From the IMG/VR virus record IMGVR_UViG_3300019458_000009, positions 1-59,493 of that record: a stretch of 59,493 nucleotides of DNA, one strand, 5' to 3'. This DNA is from a virus. This document shows, in pieces, positions 59,141 to 59,493 of the stretch (position 1 is the first letter of the stretch; every line of letters starts with the position of its first letter). The notes beneath the pieces were generated by a model. The model made no database searches. It saw only the letters and a list, made by a program, of their open reading frames with translations, and was not told the origin of the DNA. Both the position numbers and the translations under genes were made by a program.

Positions 59141-59493
59141 ATGTCGCACGAGTTCAGGATCATCGCGGGCGAGGCTCGACAGGTCGGTGAGGAGAAGGAC
59201 CGCACGCTGCGGATCTACGGCACTGACGAGTCGCCGGACCGCTACAACAGCGTTATCCGGGTGGACGGCTGGGTCATGGACAACTTCCGGAAGAACCCGA
59301 TCTTCCTGTGGTGCCACGACTCGCAGTCGCCGCCGATCGGACGGATCGTGAACTACGGGACGACCGAGGAAAAGCGCGACGCGCGCCAGCCGCTCCGACG
59401 GATGTTCTTCGACGTGCAGTTCGCGGACCAGGAGACCTACCCCTTCGCGGACATCATCTACAAGCTGTACAAGAAGGGCTTCATGCGGGCGAC
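59141..59493 (+). CDS. Prohead (HK97/S78-like) maturation protease fused to a scaffold-like tail, N-terminal part. It continues in frame at base 2 after circular closure, giving about 523 aa in total.
   Basis: AAGGAG at 59127-59132 lies 8 nt before ATG 59141. The product MSHEFRIIAGEARQVGEEKDRTLRIYGTDESPDRYNSVI..WCHD is typical of prohead proteases. The frame matches ORF 32..1342 through the overlap, and the gene sits between portal and capsid genes. Confidence 0.75.
   Translation, partial: MSHEFRIIAGEARQVGEEKDRTLRIYGTDESPDRYNSVIRVDGWVMDNFRKNPIFLWCHDSQSPPIGRIVNYGTTEEKRDARQPLRRMFFDVQFADQETYPFADIIYKLYKKGFMRA
59371..59493. repeat. Second copy of the 123-bp terminal overlap (identical to 1-123).
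   Basis: Exact identity to bases 1-123, read directly. Confidence 0.9.

Noticed and set aside
1-59493. Lysogeny or mobile-element functions: integrase, excisionase, CI-like repressor, transposase, reverse transcriptase/DGR, toxin-antitoxin.
   Set aside because: I recognised no tyrosine or serine recombinase, DDE or RT motifs in any frame. The only HTH protein (41217-42086) is not next to any recombinase. The genome reads as a virulent-type phage, but absence of evidence by eye is not proof.

Overview
The window is a closed tailed dsDNA phage genome. Bases 1-123 are identical to 59371-59493, so the unique length is 59,370 bp and one gene, the prohead protease-scaffold, runs across the junction. 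The sequence is visibly GC-rich and has GGAGG-type ribosome-binding sites.

Layout:
- Plus-strand late operon (about 53.3 kb, through the junction, to 21.4 kb). It carries a double zinc-ribbon protein, putative small and large terminase, a portal-MuF fusion, the protease-scaffold, an HK97-type major capsid protein, a 1009-aa fibre, neck and tail genes, and a three-gene membrane lysis cassette. It ends at a strong hairpin terminator.
- Convergent minus-strand early/replication operon (52.5 kb down to 21.5 kb), about 65 tightly packed genes. Many have GTG or TTG starts and 1-4 nt start/stop overlaps. It includes an SNF2 helicase, a DnaG-primase/MCM-like fusion, an SSB-like protein, a family A DNA polymerase, nucleases, and many zinc-ribbon mini-proteins.

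I saw no tRNA, rRNA, CRISPR array, integrase, reverse transcriptase or recognisable endolysin.

The most interesting content:
1. A translationally coupled block at 30.9-35.8 kb reads like a T4-style hydroxymethyl-cytosine plus sugar DNA hypermodification pathway. It holds a T4 beta-glucosyltransferase-like protein, a MazG-like NTP pyrophosphatase, a C5-cytosine-methyltransferase-like protein, a thymidylate-synthase homologue with the Asn-to-Asp cytosine-specificity switch, and a thymidylate-kinase/UDG-fold fusion. It sits directly upstream of the polymerase.
2. An ORF-free control region of about 0.8 kb contains at least 24 copies of the pentamer GTAAC/GTTAC. Three more copies lie just upstream of the terminase genes.
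3. A 52-bp exact duplication with a 59-bp period breaks the reading frame of an Ala/Trp-repeat gene.

All functional calls come from motif recognition by eye; no database search was run.
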